From positions 313,410,001 through 313,474,000 of the forward strand of contig OZ024741.1 of assembly GCA_964016885.1 (NCBI GenBank): DNA of 64,000 nt. Direction: 5' to 3'. Under the pieces are notes generated by a model. The model saw only the letters and a program-made list of their open reading frames with translations. It did no database searches and was not told where the DNA came from. The stretch is from Eledone cirrhosa (lineage: Eukaryota). Positions within the stretch are counted from its first letter, which is position 1; every line of letters starts with the position of its first letter. Position numbers and translations under genes: made by a program. This document shows, piece after piece, positions 1 through 12,304 of the stretch.

Positions 1-182
1 AAACAAAAAAAACAATGAGAGTAGAATAAGAGAAAATCTATTCTTTGAGAGCATCTTTTGCTGTGTATGGTTACATTTCTAACTTGTAATCCAAAATATC
101 CGGCATGACATATTCATTGGTATGTTTTGTAATGAGTAAGATGAAGTCAAGGCAGAGTTGTAATAAGTTTGTTTTGTTAACT

Positions 183-3100
183 CTAAAGCACTTTAGGATA
201 GACGATATTCTTTGTTTTTCTTTTCGGAAGAAACGCAAAGAGATTATCTCGACTGCCAACTCGTGAGCGGGCAACGTAGAATTGTCCGTGCGAAAAGCAA
301 GGTTCATCCAAGTGAATTCCAGCGACGGACAGAGTTTGACCTTGCGACTTGTTTATGGACATCGCAAAGGCAACATGAAGGGGAAATTGGTTTCGGCGAA
401 AGGAGAAGTGAGTATCCACGCCTGATGTAGTTAGGCTAAATTTTGTTATTATCACATCCTCACCTTTCCACATCTGGATAGAATGGTAACGTCAATACTA
501 AGTGGAGACAGTTTTTTAACCACAAGGCGTGTACCATTGCATAGTTTTGAAGGAGTAATATTTCTCAGCAAAATAACTGGTATTCCCTCTTTCAGAACCA
601 AATTATTAGGAGGTAAACCAGGAGGATTTAAATATTTCATAAATTCAACTGGATAATTGACCGCATCTTGTGGATCACATACAGTATCAATAGATTTATA
701 TATCCGTGGACATCCACGAAGAAGCAGAAGAAGCTGATCGTTAATACAGCTAACTGTGATATTTTTGGGTGCAAGTATGACTCTTTCGCATAGCCAATCA
801 AGATTCGTATAGTTATCACGCAAGTTCGGGAATACATTCGCCTTGAGATCATCGACAGTTTCAACTATATTGCAGATGTGATCAATTGCTATGTGTCCAT
901 CTGTATCCGGAGGTAGGTTACCATCTCCTATTGTAAGAATGTCTCCAGAAAATGTTGATGACAGAGGGTCCCCAAGCAATCTTGCACGTATGTTGGTAGA
1001 TGGTCTTAATGATGTCACTTGTCGCCACAATGGTGGAGACTTAAGACACGCATTTACCGCATCTGCTCTTGTTCCTTTCGGTATTATAGGAAGAGTCTGT
1101 CTGAAGTCTCCTGATAGCAGAAGGGTGGCACCCCCCCCCCATAACATCACTGCAATCCCGTATGTCTTGCAAAGACCTGTCTAATGCCTCAAGAGCACCT
1201 TTGTGCGCCATTGTGCACTCATCCCAAACAATAAGGTGACACCTTCGCAGCAGATAAGCCCTTTCGGCGTCTTTTGTGATATGACAAGTAGGAGTTTCCA
1301 ATTTTGCCAAATCACTGGGCAATTTAAAAACTGGATGTGCCGTCTTTCCACCAGGGAGCAAAGTTGCTGCGATTCCAGAGGACACAACTGCTATTGCTAT
1401 GTCCTTATTCTGTCTTACCTTTGCAAGAAGAGGTTTAGTAACGAAAGTTTTTCCTGTCCCCCCTGGAGCATCGAGGAAAAATATGCCACCTCTTCTTTGA
1501 AATACCAATTCAGAAATGGTGGTAAAAGCCCGTCGCTGATCAGCTAGAAGCTTTGGCTCATTATCTGTGACGTAGAGGCTGAGATCATGGATGTCATAAG
1601 AAGTCTCCTGTATGATATATGTGGGAAGTTTGTTTGAGACTGTGCGATGAGTTTCTGGTAAACCGTAGTAACGTAAAAGCTTTCCTCCAATCAGAGCTAA
1701 CTTGTCCTCAATATCAATGAGAGCTCGCAAGGTCAGCAAAATACCGCAATAAATTTCTTAGGCTGGCAGGTGAATGTGAAAGAGCAACTTCCGCCATCAT
1801 TGCACCCCACTGCGAACCATCTTCCAGCAATCCACGCCTCAAACATGCCTTTGTGTATGTTGGAAGAACTTTTCCGTCTAAAGTTCGGAGATCATCAAAG
1901 CAGGTAGATCCACTGCCCTCATGTAGTAGCATGCGAAGATGGAAGCACTCGTTTGGTTTGGAGGCACAGTATAAACTCTGCCCAACTACTCGTTGAACTT
2001 GATGCCTGGATAACCTTCGACACACTGTCCTGTTTTTCTTCGCTTCCATGTATTTTTGTCCCAGGTATAAGATGAGACTTGTTGATATGGTAAGGTTTTA
2101 GCAAATGGATCTTCTTGACATAGTTTAAAGGAAGCGGTAAGAGAAGTATCTTTTGGTTCTTGTGCTAACTGAGCAGCTGATGCATTCGTAAAATATACTC
2201 TCTGGCCGTTCTCCAGGTGCACTTGAAGTTTTTGAACAGCAGGATGCCGTTGATGTATAAACAATCCGAAAATCCGCCAGAACGCTTCATTAGAGTTAAT
2301 GTATCTTCCAGTTTGGTACTGGGCCACTTCATCTCGGCTGTTTTCCCGAAGCAATACCAACGTAGCAGCTTCAGGGCCTTTATTAATGTACTTACAAATG
2401 TATTTTATAGATTTAATCGAATTACAGTATTCTACGTTTATGTGTGCATCAACAATCTTTATAAGGAGTGGATTATATGGAACAACCCATCTGTTGTCAA
2501 CCTCATGTTTTCCATCCCTTGCTGTGAATCCACCATGTTCGGGTCTTCTCCGGCGATATAGTGGGTATCCGTCATGACCAGTCTGAGTGTCCTTAAGGAA
2601 CTGTCGGGGAAATTTCTTTGAGCACCTAGAATTGTCCTTAACACACGGTAGGTTGTTAGGAAATCCATGTCCACATGGGCCATGCACCATGTGTGCTTTA
2701 ACCTTTTCGTAAAGGTCCCTGTCTATTGCCGGATCCGGAACCTCAGCAGAAATGACGTTGTCAATTTCATCTGATCTAAGTTTTGTCTTTAACCTGTTCA
2801 GAATGTGGGCATGTGGCAAGCCTCGTTTTTGCCACTCAATTGTAAGCATGTCACATTGTACTGGGACAAAGATTTCACCTCTTTTGATAAGTTCCATGAG
2901 CTTAATTAACGTAAGATGGAAAACTCTGGCAATAAGATCCTGCCTGGTTGTGGACTTTTGACCTGGAAAGAGTTCTTTCTGAATCTCTTCCTATTTTGGG
3001 TTTGAAGTGAAAGTAATAAACAAATCTGGTTTACCGAAAAGGCGCACAAAAGTTAAACCATCTTGAACTTTTTCTAAAAAGAACCGAGGACTTCTTGTGA

Positions 3101-4631
3101 AAGATGAAGGCAGGATGCACAACAGTCCAATACTATTAGGATCTGCATCATTGTTCATTCTATCACGAAGGTGAATGTAAGTGTCACAGAGAAGTTGTTT
3201 CTGATTAAGTCGAATGAAGCTTAATCCCTCGGACTCCATTTTTGCGAACATGTCAACTGCCAATTGATTGAAGAGGTCTTGTGATCGGTACAGCTGGTTG
3301 AAGCAGTTGTCGCGGATCATGAACTGGACGGCGTCAAAATCCATGCACGTGACAATTTTCGTGGTATGCTCATCTTTGTTTGTGGAATTAATTTGATGAA
3401 TTCCAAAATGGTATCCATCCTAACCATAAACAAATAATAGCGGATACTGGAGTGCGTCGTAAGATCGATGGGTTTCACTTATTCTGTTAAGGCTGTTGTC
3501 TCGTCGCTTGATAATAATGTCTGTCTTGTTGTGCTGCTCTCCACTAATAACGATGGCTACCTCATTACAAGTAGGTGCATTATACCGGTCCGCATGCTCA
3601 CCAGATGGTCTCTCATCAGCGTAAATGACGATATCGTAATTTGGCGAAGGTTCTTCTTCTAAAGCACACTTGAATCTTTTAATGTAGCTATTGTTAGAGT
3701 TAGCATGTCTTGGAAGTCAATCAAGAGTTCCAGTTTAGTGTCTGAAGTATACGATTGCCGTCGATATGCTTGCTGATGACAGTTAACAATAAAGTAAACT
3801 TGTAAAAATTGTGGCTCTTCAGTAGGCAACGGTTGCAATGATCCAATGAGATGATACAGCTGGCCCTGTACTTTGAAAGTCGGCATAAATCCATCTTCCT
3901 TCAGACGTTTTGCACCGAAAGAGGTCATTTGAAACGCAATGCTGTACTGTCGGATATGCTTCAGATAATCACGTGATTGTGAATGCTTACCTGTTAGAAG
4001 CATCTGGAGGGGTTGCGGTGGTTCCCTAAGGGTGGGCAAATTAACCTTACCGTTGGGGCAGCACATTCCAGTTGATTCCCCTTCCTCACACACACTTTTT
4101 AGCTTTACAATTTTGGCAAGTATTTGACATGGCATATTTTTGAATATCAGGATGGATTTGATAGTTTACATTAGGGTCATAATTAACTGCCTTAAGGTAC
4201 CATCGTGAGCGTGATGTCTTTGAAATAACCCACGATAAAGCTCTACGTTCAGCGTTACCCTCCAGCCGAATAGCTCGACTTGTTACAGTCTTAATTGCTC
4301 TTGCTGCAACATTAGCTGAAGCATTACGCGCACGGCGTCTTTCGTTTGTTTGTACTGTATCTGCAGATCTTGCTGCATCAGTATCTGTAGCATCGATAGC
4401 AAGGCGTGTTTCACGTTGCTCTGTTGTCTCTGCAGCTCCTGCTGCAGCAGTTGCTTCAGCATTATTGGTTCGCCGCACTAAGCGAAGCTCAGCGGCGGAC
4501 AAAGATGTTTCAATAACTGTACTCACCGCATTTACTGATTGTCTATTTTCGGTTATCGGCGGAGCGTCATTTACACTCATTGTTTTCTTCGACCGATAGG
4601 CAAGATGTAAATACTTTCTTTTACGCGGCAT
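183..4631 (-). pseudogene. Helitron RepHel (HUH Rep + Pif1/SF1B helicase), frameshifted
   Basis: Successive minus-strand ORFs contain the Rep motifs IEWQKRGLPHAHIL and KYICKYINKG, and the helicase motifs DAPGGTGKT, WDECTM, GDFRQTLP and QFPLHVAFAMSINKSQGQT. The reading frame is split by many frameshifts and stops. Confidence 0.93.
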
Positions 4632-5492
4632 ATTTGGTGAAAAGTTGTAAAGTCAAAATGTATGAATTGAAGCATTACAGTTAACTTTTAAAGTGCAACC
4701 AGTTTTTTTTTGTATCAACATGGCTTTGTTTATTAAAGTTTAAAAATGAAAAAGTTGTAGGTCCCAATGGTTTGAATGGAAAGTCCCATACGATTGTTCT
4801 AAAAATAAACAAACCATCATCAAAATCTCATCAATTCGAGACTGCTGCGAGATTATACCCTTAACACGAAAATTAACACTTAATATAGTGAAACAAGTTA
4901 AAACAAGAAGTGTTTTTTTTTAATTTGAAAGTGCAACAAAGAATAAACAAGAAACAAACGATAATATTATTGATTTATCTTCCAATGAATGTGATGTGTA
5001 CTCACCGCATTTAGTGCATTTAATGATTGTCTATTTTCGGTTATCGGCGGAGCGTCATTTACACGCATTGTTTTCTTCGACCGATAGCCAATATGTGAAT
5101 ACTTTCTTTTACGGGCATATTTGGTGAAAAGTTGTAAAGTCAAAATATATGAACTGAAGCGTTACAGTTAACTTTAAAGGTGCAACAAATATTGTTTTTG
5201 TATCAACATGGCTTTGCTTATAAAAGTTTTAAAAATGAAAAAGATGTAGGCCCCAATGGTTTGAATGGAAAGTCACATAACGGTTGTTCTAAAAATAAAC
5301 AAACCATTATCAAAATCTCGTCAATTCGAGACTGCTGCGAGATTATGCTCTTAACGCGAAAATTAACACTTAATATAGTGAAACAAGTTAAAACAACAAG
5401 TGTTTTTTTAACTTTGAAAGTGCAACAAAGAATAAACAAGATACAAACGATAAAACCATCAGCCAAATCTCGTCAATCAAATGAATGTGATG
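4519..5492. repeat. Tandem duplication (~480 bp x2) of the Helitron 5' UTR and start-codon region
   Basis: The block actcaccgcattta...aatgaatgtgatg occurs at ~4519-4999 and again at ~5000-5492. Confidence 0.85.
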
Positions 5493-5737
5493 TTTATATT
5501 GAAAAGTATGTTATCTCCCTTTTTTATATGGATTGTCAATACATTTTCTTATGTCCCTTACATCAATTTTTCTACCGATAATTTTGATATCGATTTTTTA
5601 TTGCGCAACTTGGGTCGATTTGAAAAACACACACACATATACATAAGTATTTATATATATATATATAGAGAGAGAAAGAGAGAGAGAAAGAGAGAGGGAG
5701 AGAGAGAGATAGATATATATATAGATATATATATATA

Positions 5738-7068
5738 TTGTTATACTTTGGGAGGGTCATGTTGCCAATAAGAAACACACGCACCATTTGCTTTCACTTC
5801 AATTTCTTATAATGCATTTATAAATTTAGGAATTTATAAATTTCCCGTTGGCTGGTTCAACAACCAGATGATTTTTTATATATTGTCAAATTCTTTCGTC
5901 ACATTATGTGACCTCTTCAGTGACTGGGGATTCTTTTCTTTATATTTCTGCCTCTCCTTTGTTGTGTCTTACGCCACCTTGTTTTTGTGTGTGTTGTGTG
6001 CTTAGGTTGCGCATGTGTTACCTCCGGGTGTCTGTGTGTGTTTATATTTCTTTATGTATTTGTTTATTTACATTTACTGGTTGGTTGTTTGTTCTATGTG
6101 CGTGTGTGTTTTCATTTTGTCCTTAATTGTAAGTTGTGATGTTGCTGTTCCATTCATGTTTTCTATTTAATTTTGGTTGGAGTTCATTTATGTTTATTGC
6201 CTCTGTGATTTGTCTAAACATTGCGTCTTTTCTGTGTGTAGATTCTATTTTTATTTCTATGTTCTCTAATTTACACTTATGTTCTATTTTAGCATGTAGG
6301 TAGAGTACAGGTGATTCTTTACTATCTTGAATGTCTCGCCAGTGTTCATTTATCCGTTCCCCTGTACTACGAGCTGTCTCACCTATGTACACTATACTCT
6401 TATCTCTACATTGTCCTTCAGTACATCTTATGCTATATACTACCTTTCTAGTTTTACAGTTAATATGGAGGCTTAATTTACAGATTTTACATTTCTTATG
6501 AAAGACCTCCCTGTATAGACTTCCCTGTATAGATAAGAAATGTATAATCTGTACATTAAGCCCCCATATGAACTGTAATACTAGAAATGTAGTATATAGC
6601 ATAAGATGTACTGAAGGACAATGTAGAGATAAGAATATAGTGTACATAGGTGAGACAGCTTGTATTATAGGGGAACGCATAAATGCACACTGGCGAGACA
6701 TTCAAGATAGTTAATAATCATCTATATTCTACCTACATGCTAAAATAGAACATAAGGGTAAATTAGAGAACATAGAAATAAAAATAGAATCTACACACAG
6801 AAAAGACGCAATATTTAGACAAATCACAGAGGCAATAAACATAAATGAACTCCAACCAAAATTAAATAGAAAACATGAATGGAACAGCAACATCAAAACT
6901 TACAATTAAGGACAAAATGAAAACACACACGCTCATAGAACAAACAACCAACCAGTAACATGTAAATAAACAAATAAATAAACAAATATAAACACACAGA
7001 CACCCGGAGGTAACACATGCGCAAACTAAGCACACAACACACACAAAAACAAGATGGCGTAAGACACA
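5738..7068. mobile_element. PLE family 3 3' end (GIY-YIG + pLTR) as a fold-back inverted pair
   Basis: Minus arm to ~6499 encodes CKICK..NCKTRKVVYSIRC..YIGETARS..ERINEH. The plus arm (~6501-7068) is its reverse complement. Confidence 0.85.
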
Positions 7069-7085
7069 ATGTAGACTAATAAATA

Positions 7086-8596
7086 GATGGTTGAAACAGA
7101 GAAATCATCTCTCACTACCGGAAAACCCTCCTCTTCAACGACGGAGTGGCCTGGGGCAAAAGTCTGCAACTTCACACGTATTCGACGACTCCATGGATCG
7201 TTTGACAGTGCTGGCGTATGTGACATGGTTGGCCTATTTATCTTAGACATAATGCGTGTTAGATTCCCGTACTTCCACACGGGTATATACCGCAACGATG
7301 GACTGACTTTATCGAGCCATAAAAGTGGTCACGACCTCGACCGGTTTAAAAAAGACTTAGCTTCTACCTTCAATGAGTTAGGACTTAGAATAACAGTAGC
7401 CAGCAACCTCTCTAGCGTAGATTTCTTAGACATTAATTTAGACCCTCGTACACACACCCACAGACCCTTCCATAAACTAAATGAGAAACTTAATCACATT
7501 CACAAGTACACATGCTACCCTCCCACTGTTTTTACAAACTTCGTTAAGAATATCAGTACTAGAATCCTAAACCTCTCCTCTAATAATGCTATCATTGACA
7601 GGGCGGCACCCTACAATAACACAGCGTTGGCTAACAGCGGCTTCTCACAACCTATCACCTACTGTCCCACTAGCACCAACACCATTAAGAAAAGTAAGCG
7701 CAACAATAGACACATTATCTGGTTCTCTCCTCCCGTCTCACTGAACGTTAAAACCAATGTAGGAAAATAATTTCTAGCCCTCTTAGATTGACACATTCCC
7801 TTATGTCATAAATACCGTTCCATATTTTAACCGACACAAAGTTAAACTAGGATACTCCTGCACTAAGATCATGAATGCCCACATCACAAGCAGCCAAAGG
7901 AACAACACCCCACCAGGGTGCTCTTGCCGTAAGCCCGAATCTTGCTCTCTTCTACAGCAATGCAACACACCAGCTGTAATTTATAAAGCTGTGGTCACTT
8001 CCAACCGAACAAACGAACCACAGGAGGTCAAATCCTATGGGGCCATGACGGAGGGCCGATTTAAGGAACGTTTCCTGAACCACCAGTCTACCTTAAGTTA
8101 CCGGGACAGACGTTTATCCACGAAACTCGCGAGCCACGTATGGTCCCTGAAAGACTCAAGTATAGACTACTCCCTCCAATGGAATGCCATCACTAAGTCC
8201 AAGCCATACGCAAGGGGAAATCCGACGTGTGGCTTATGTATTGACGAACGAATAACTATTATAAAGAGATTACGCAACAGTGATTGCCTAAACACGAGAA
8301 ATGAATTATTCACAGGTGTTCTACACATCGCCAAACACCTATTGCTTAACTACAAAGCTCCGGACTGATTCCTTGTAATTATATTTTCAACTAAAAATGT
8401 TCGGACTTTCGCAGTTATCTCCCTTACACCTCTCGCACGCATTCTAGTACTGCTTGTGTGAGGTGACCAGGTTTCTGCGCATGCGCGTTCGTATGGTTGT
8501 CCTCTATGTTCCTATAACCATGCCCATTACGAGCTGAGGATCCGCTAGGGTGAAACAATTGTTCTCGGTATGGTGAACTCACTGTTGTGTAACCAC

Positions 8597-8600
<4 letters not shown>
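7086..8600 (+). mobile_element. PLE family 1 (Naiad-like), 5'-truncated, RT + GIY-YIG
   Basis: RT motifs GSFDSAGVCDMVG and GIYRNDG; C-terminal CSCR..C, VIYKA, CGLCIDE, LNTRNEL. Ends in a hammerhead and a (TA)n tract. Confidence 0.88.
8524..8573 (+). ncRNA. Minimal type I hammerhead ribozyme (PLE family 1)
   Basis: ccattacgag-CTGAGGA-tccgctagggt-GAAA-caattg-TT-ctcggtatgg. Stem I pairs 8/10, helix III lies in the palindrome aacaattgtt, and the predicted GUU cleavage site is after 8563. Confidence 0.8.
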
Positions 8601-8688
<88 letters not shown>

Positions 8689-9209
8689 GCGTGTGTGCGT
8701 GTGTGTGTCTGTTTTTATTTACATGTAAGAATGCCGCAAAGACATATCGTAGTAACTGGTAGAATATGATAATATTTGGAACGATTATATATCATCTTTT
8801 ACTTATAATATTGTTTGTTTCTTTCATAATATTTTAACATTGCATTTAACTGAACTAAAAATCCATGTATGTTTTATAGAGAATCGTTATAGAGAATCTC
8901 CTTATAATATATAACCACCAATTTCTCTGTCTGCCTGTCCGACAGTGGAAACACGTGCGCGCGTGCGAATGTGTTTTGCGCACGCGTAGAGAGAGAGAGT
9001 GAGAGTGAAAGAAAGAGACAGACTACGAGAGGGGGATAGCGGGAGGGAGAGAGAGAGAGAGAGCGAGAGAGGGAGAGTGAATAGACGCTAAAACACGTGC
9101 GCGCGTGCTAATGTTTTTTGCGCACGCGTAGAGAGAGAGTGAGAGTGAAAGAAAGAGACAGACTACAAGAGGGGGATAGCGGGAGGGAGAGAGGGAGAAT
9201 TGAGGAGTG

Positions 9210-9368
9210 CTACAGAAACATATATACATTTATGTGTGTGTGTAATATATATATATATATATACACACACAGAAATATATATATATACACACAGAAACAT
9301 ATATACATTTCTGTGTAATATATATATATATATATACACACAGAAATATATATACATTTCTGTGTGTG

Positions 9369-9421
<53 letters not shown>

Positions 9422-9447
9422 TAAATATATATACATTTCTGTGTGTG

Positions 9448-9492
<45 letters not shown>

Positions 9493-9530
9493 GAAATGTA
9501 TATCTATTTCTGTGTGTATATATATATTAG
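9210..9530. repeat. Palindromic minisatellite (acacacagaaat-(at)n-atttctgtgtgt); second block at ~10425-10660
   Basis: Tandem hairpin-like units are directly visible. Confidence 0.75.
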
Positions 9531-9820
9531 AAAGATCGAGTATCGAAAAATCGGCGCACGAGTTAACGAAAAACGAAATTCGATATGAGCGGCAGAGGGC
9601 TCAATAATTCAGATGAATCAGAGCTATAACTATCGTTAAAATACCGTCACATATAGAACAAGTCTACAATCAACCATACGATTTAAAATCGATAAAGGAA
9701 GATTCGGGCCAAACAGATAAAAAATATCAATAAAACAATACGTCAATAATTTACAGAAATGTATATATATATACACACAGAAATATATATACATCCCTTA
9801 GCTACTGTACTGTATCTGTT

Positions 9821-9916
<96 letters not shown>

Positions 9917-10113
9917 CCTATCCCTCTCTTTTAGTCTGTCTGTTTCTCTCACTCTCACTCTTTCTCTTTGTAACACACTAACATTCCTCCTCTCTATCGC
10001 TGTGACGTATGGGGCGATGGCGGAGGAGGTGGAGGAGGAGAGAGTCTCTTCGTCACTTCACCTCTGCCTTTCTTTCTCTCCCCTCTCACTCCTTCATTAC
10101 GTACATATATTAG

Positions 10114-10305
10114 GGCGGTGGAATGGCAGAATATGGAGAGAGTCGGACACTATGTTTCATAGCATGGAGTTACGTCCCTTTACGGTCTGAGTTCAAATAC
10201 CGCCGAGGTTAACTTTGCCTTTCATCCTCACGGGGTCGATAAAATAAAGTACCAGTAATGTACAGGGTAATTGCTGGCCTTGTGCCAAAAGTAGAAACAA
10301 TTATT
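10114..10305 (+). mobile_element. tRNA-derived SINE with Nin/Deu-like central domain (octopus-type SINE)
   Basis: A-box-like tggcagaa, B-box GTTCAAATAC (10191-10200), then actttgcctttcatcctcacggggtcgataaaataaagtaccag. Confidence 0.7.
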
Positions 10306-10615
10306 AGAAACATTGCTTCATTTTTACATATCTAAGTATAAGTAAAATAACTAATAATTTCAAAAGTAATTTTTCAATTCCAATTGTTATGAACAGCAAA
10401 ACATTAATAATAATTATGTTCTAAGAAATATATATACATTTCTGTGTGTGTAATATATATATATATATATACACACACAGAAATATATATATATACACAC
10501 AGAAATATATATACATTTCTGTCTGTGTAATATATATATATATATACATTTCTGTGTGTGTAATATATATATATATATACACACACAGAAATATATATAC
10601 ATTTCTGTGTGTGTA

Positions 10616-10648
<33 letters not shown>

Positions 10649-10666
10649 GATATATATCGGCATTTC

Positions 10667-10699
<33 letters not shown>

Positions 10700-11205
10700 A
10701 CTTCCCTAAAACTCAAATGTAGGTGCTACAGAAATATTACCTTCCCCTTTCTTTCTCCACTTTGGTACTACCAAGAGAAACACTGTCGCTATAGAAACAT
10801 TACCTTCCCCTCTCCACTGACTTTGGTCGCTGAGGCTGAGAGAATAGCTGGTTGCTATAGACACACCTTGCACAAGCCAGAAGTAACCAGTTCGAGGCGG
10901 TTCTGACTTGTCACCATGCCAAGGACCATTTGAAGATATATTTCCATCATTATATCATAACGTTTATGTATCATAACGTTTATATTTCCGTCACTAATCT
11001 CTTTTTCTCCTTTTTCGTTTTAACATATATTTATTTCAAAGATTTCACCGTATAGATAATATATATATTTATACATGCATAAAAGACACACCGAGAGACG
11101 GTGAACATGTGGTGCCGAAAATATTTCTCATCCAAATCTCAACATTATCAGTATATACACTAGATTTGCTAGCAGAAAACCGCCCACCGGGTAGTTTTCT
11201 GCTAG

Positions 11206-11850
11206 TCTATATATACAAAACTGAGGATGTCTGTCTGTGTGCCTGTGTGACTGTGAGTCTGAATCCCTAAATCTCGAGATGTTCCGAACCGATTTTTTCA
11301 AAGTTTATATCTGTATTACGTATGTTTCAGGTAATGTTATGCACATAAAATTCAACCTTTTAGATCCCCTAGGAACCGCATTAGGTGAACACGTGCGTTT
11401 TATATTAGATTTTAGTGTTATGTTGAGGGGTTACGTCAGACCGATTTTCTTGAAATTGTAACTATGTATTAGTCAGTCTCTTTGAATATCGGGACCAAAG
11501 AAAATCCAACTTTTTTATTGCCTAGGTCCCGCAGTAGGCGAGCAACTTCATTTTTTCAGCTTTTTAGGGATTTTTTGATGTGTTACGTCTAGCCGAATTT
11601 GCCGAAACTTCAAGGCATATTATGCACATGAAAACAATTCATTTTCTTGATCCCGTAGGGCTCACATTAGGTGAAAACCTGTATTTTTCCTGCTTCATCG
11701 AGGAAAATCTTAAAGATTATCCAGCCATCAGAGTATTCGGTTTATTTTCTTTACATATTGTCCAGGCATGCAGTCTTTCCACAATTAAGTCTTCTGGCGG
11801 CCCGCGTTCCAAAATACCTTGTCCCGGGCAACGCCGGCTACCACTGCTAG
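11206..11850 (+). mobile_element. Non-autonomous Helitron (family 1), copy 1
   Basis: 5' TCTATATATA, 3' hairpin cccgggcaacgccgg followed by ctgCTAG, then t. Confidence 0.85.
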
Positions 11851-11986
11851 TATTCAATAAATATACAGGTTCATTTCTTTATCACAGGACTACTTTAATC
11901 GTAAAATTTTGTATGAAATTGTATCATTGATATCTAGATTTAAATAATTATATATGCAAAATTATCACATATAGTTATATTTTTTG

Positions 11987-12121
11987 AATGCCGAGCAGGA
12001 ACGTTAGGTGTTGCTTGTAATGGGACATGCCATTGTATCAACAGCATAAACTGTGACAAGCGAAATGGAACATGTTCAGATGGATGTTCTGCAGATTATA
12101 CTGTTGCCAATTGGCAAGAAG
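11987..12121 (+). pseudogene. EGF-like exon A1 (dead)
   Basis: [45 protein letters not shown]. Acceptor is TG instead of AG, donor is AT instead of GT, and the last Cys is Trp. Confidence 0.85.
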
Positions 12122-12251
12122 ATATCTCATAAAATTATTACATACTTACCACACACACACACACACATACACACCACTACATACACGCACCAACACATAC
12201 ACACACACACACACATACACGCAAATGCACTCACACACACACACACACACA

Positions 12252-12295
<44 letters not shown>

Positions 12296-12304
12296 AATAT
12301 ATAT

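Larger units (their letters stand above)
1..5669 (-). mobile_element. Autonomous-type Helitron, decayed; 3' end probably outside the window
   Basis: Carries Rep/Pif1 helicase coding fragments (183-4631). Candidate 5' terminus TCTATATATA on the minus strand at about 5669, ambiguous because it abuts a (TC)n tract. Confidence 0.8.
8897..11205 (+). mobile_element. Non-autonomous Helitron (family 2) rich in minisatellites
   Basis: 5' TC after gagaa and 3' hairpin ending CTAG. It sits exactly at the A|T junction that is empty in paralogous units (e.g. gagaa|tctatat at 32585/32586). No TSD. Confidence 0.75.

Noticed and set aside
6123-6701. 192-aa minus-strand ORF as a stand-alone nuclease gene
   Set aside because: It is a chimeric read-through of a fold-back PLE fragment; its N-terminal part is antisense sequence.
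7087-8368. Selenocysteine recoding in the Naiad-like PLE (in-frame TGA near 7789)
   Set aside because: The conserved Cys positions use TGC/TGT. The TGA aligns with AGA in the second copy, so it is a nonsense mutation, and no clear SECIS was seen.
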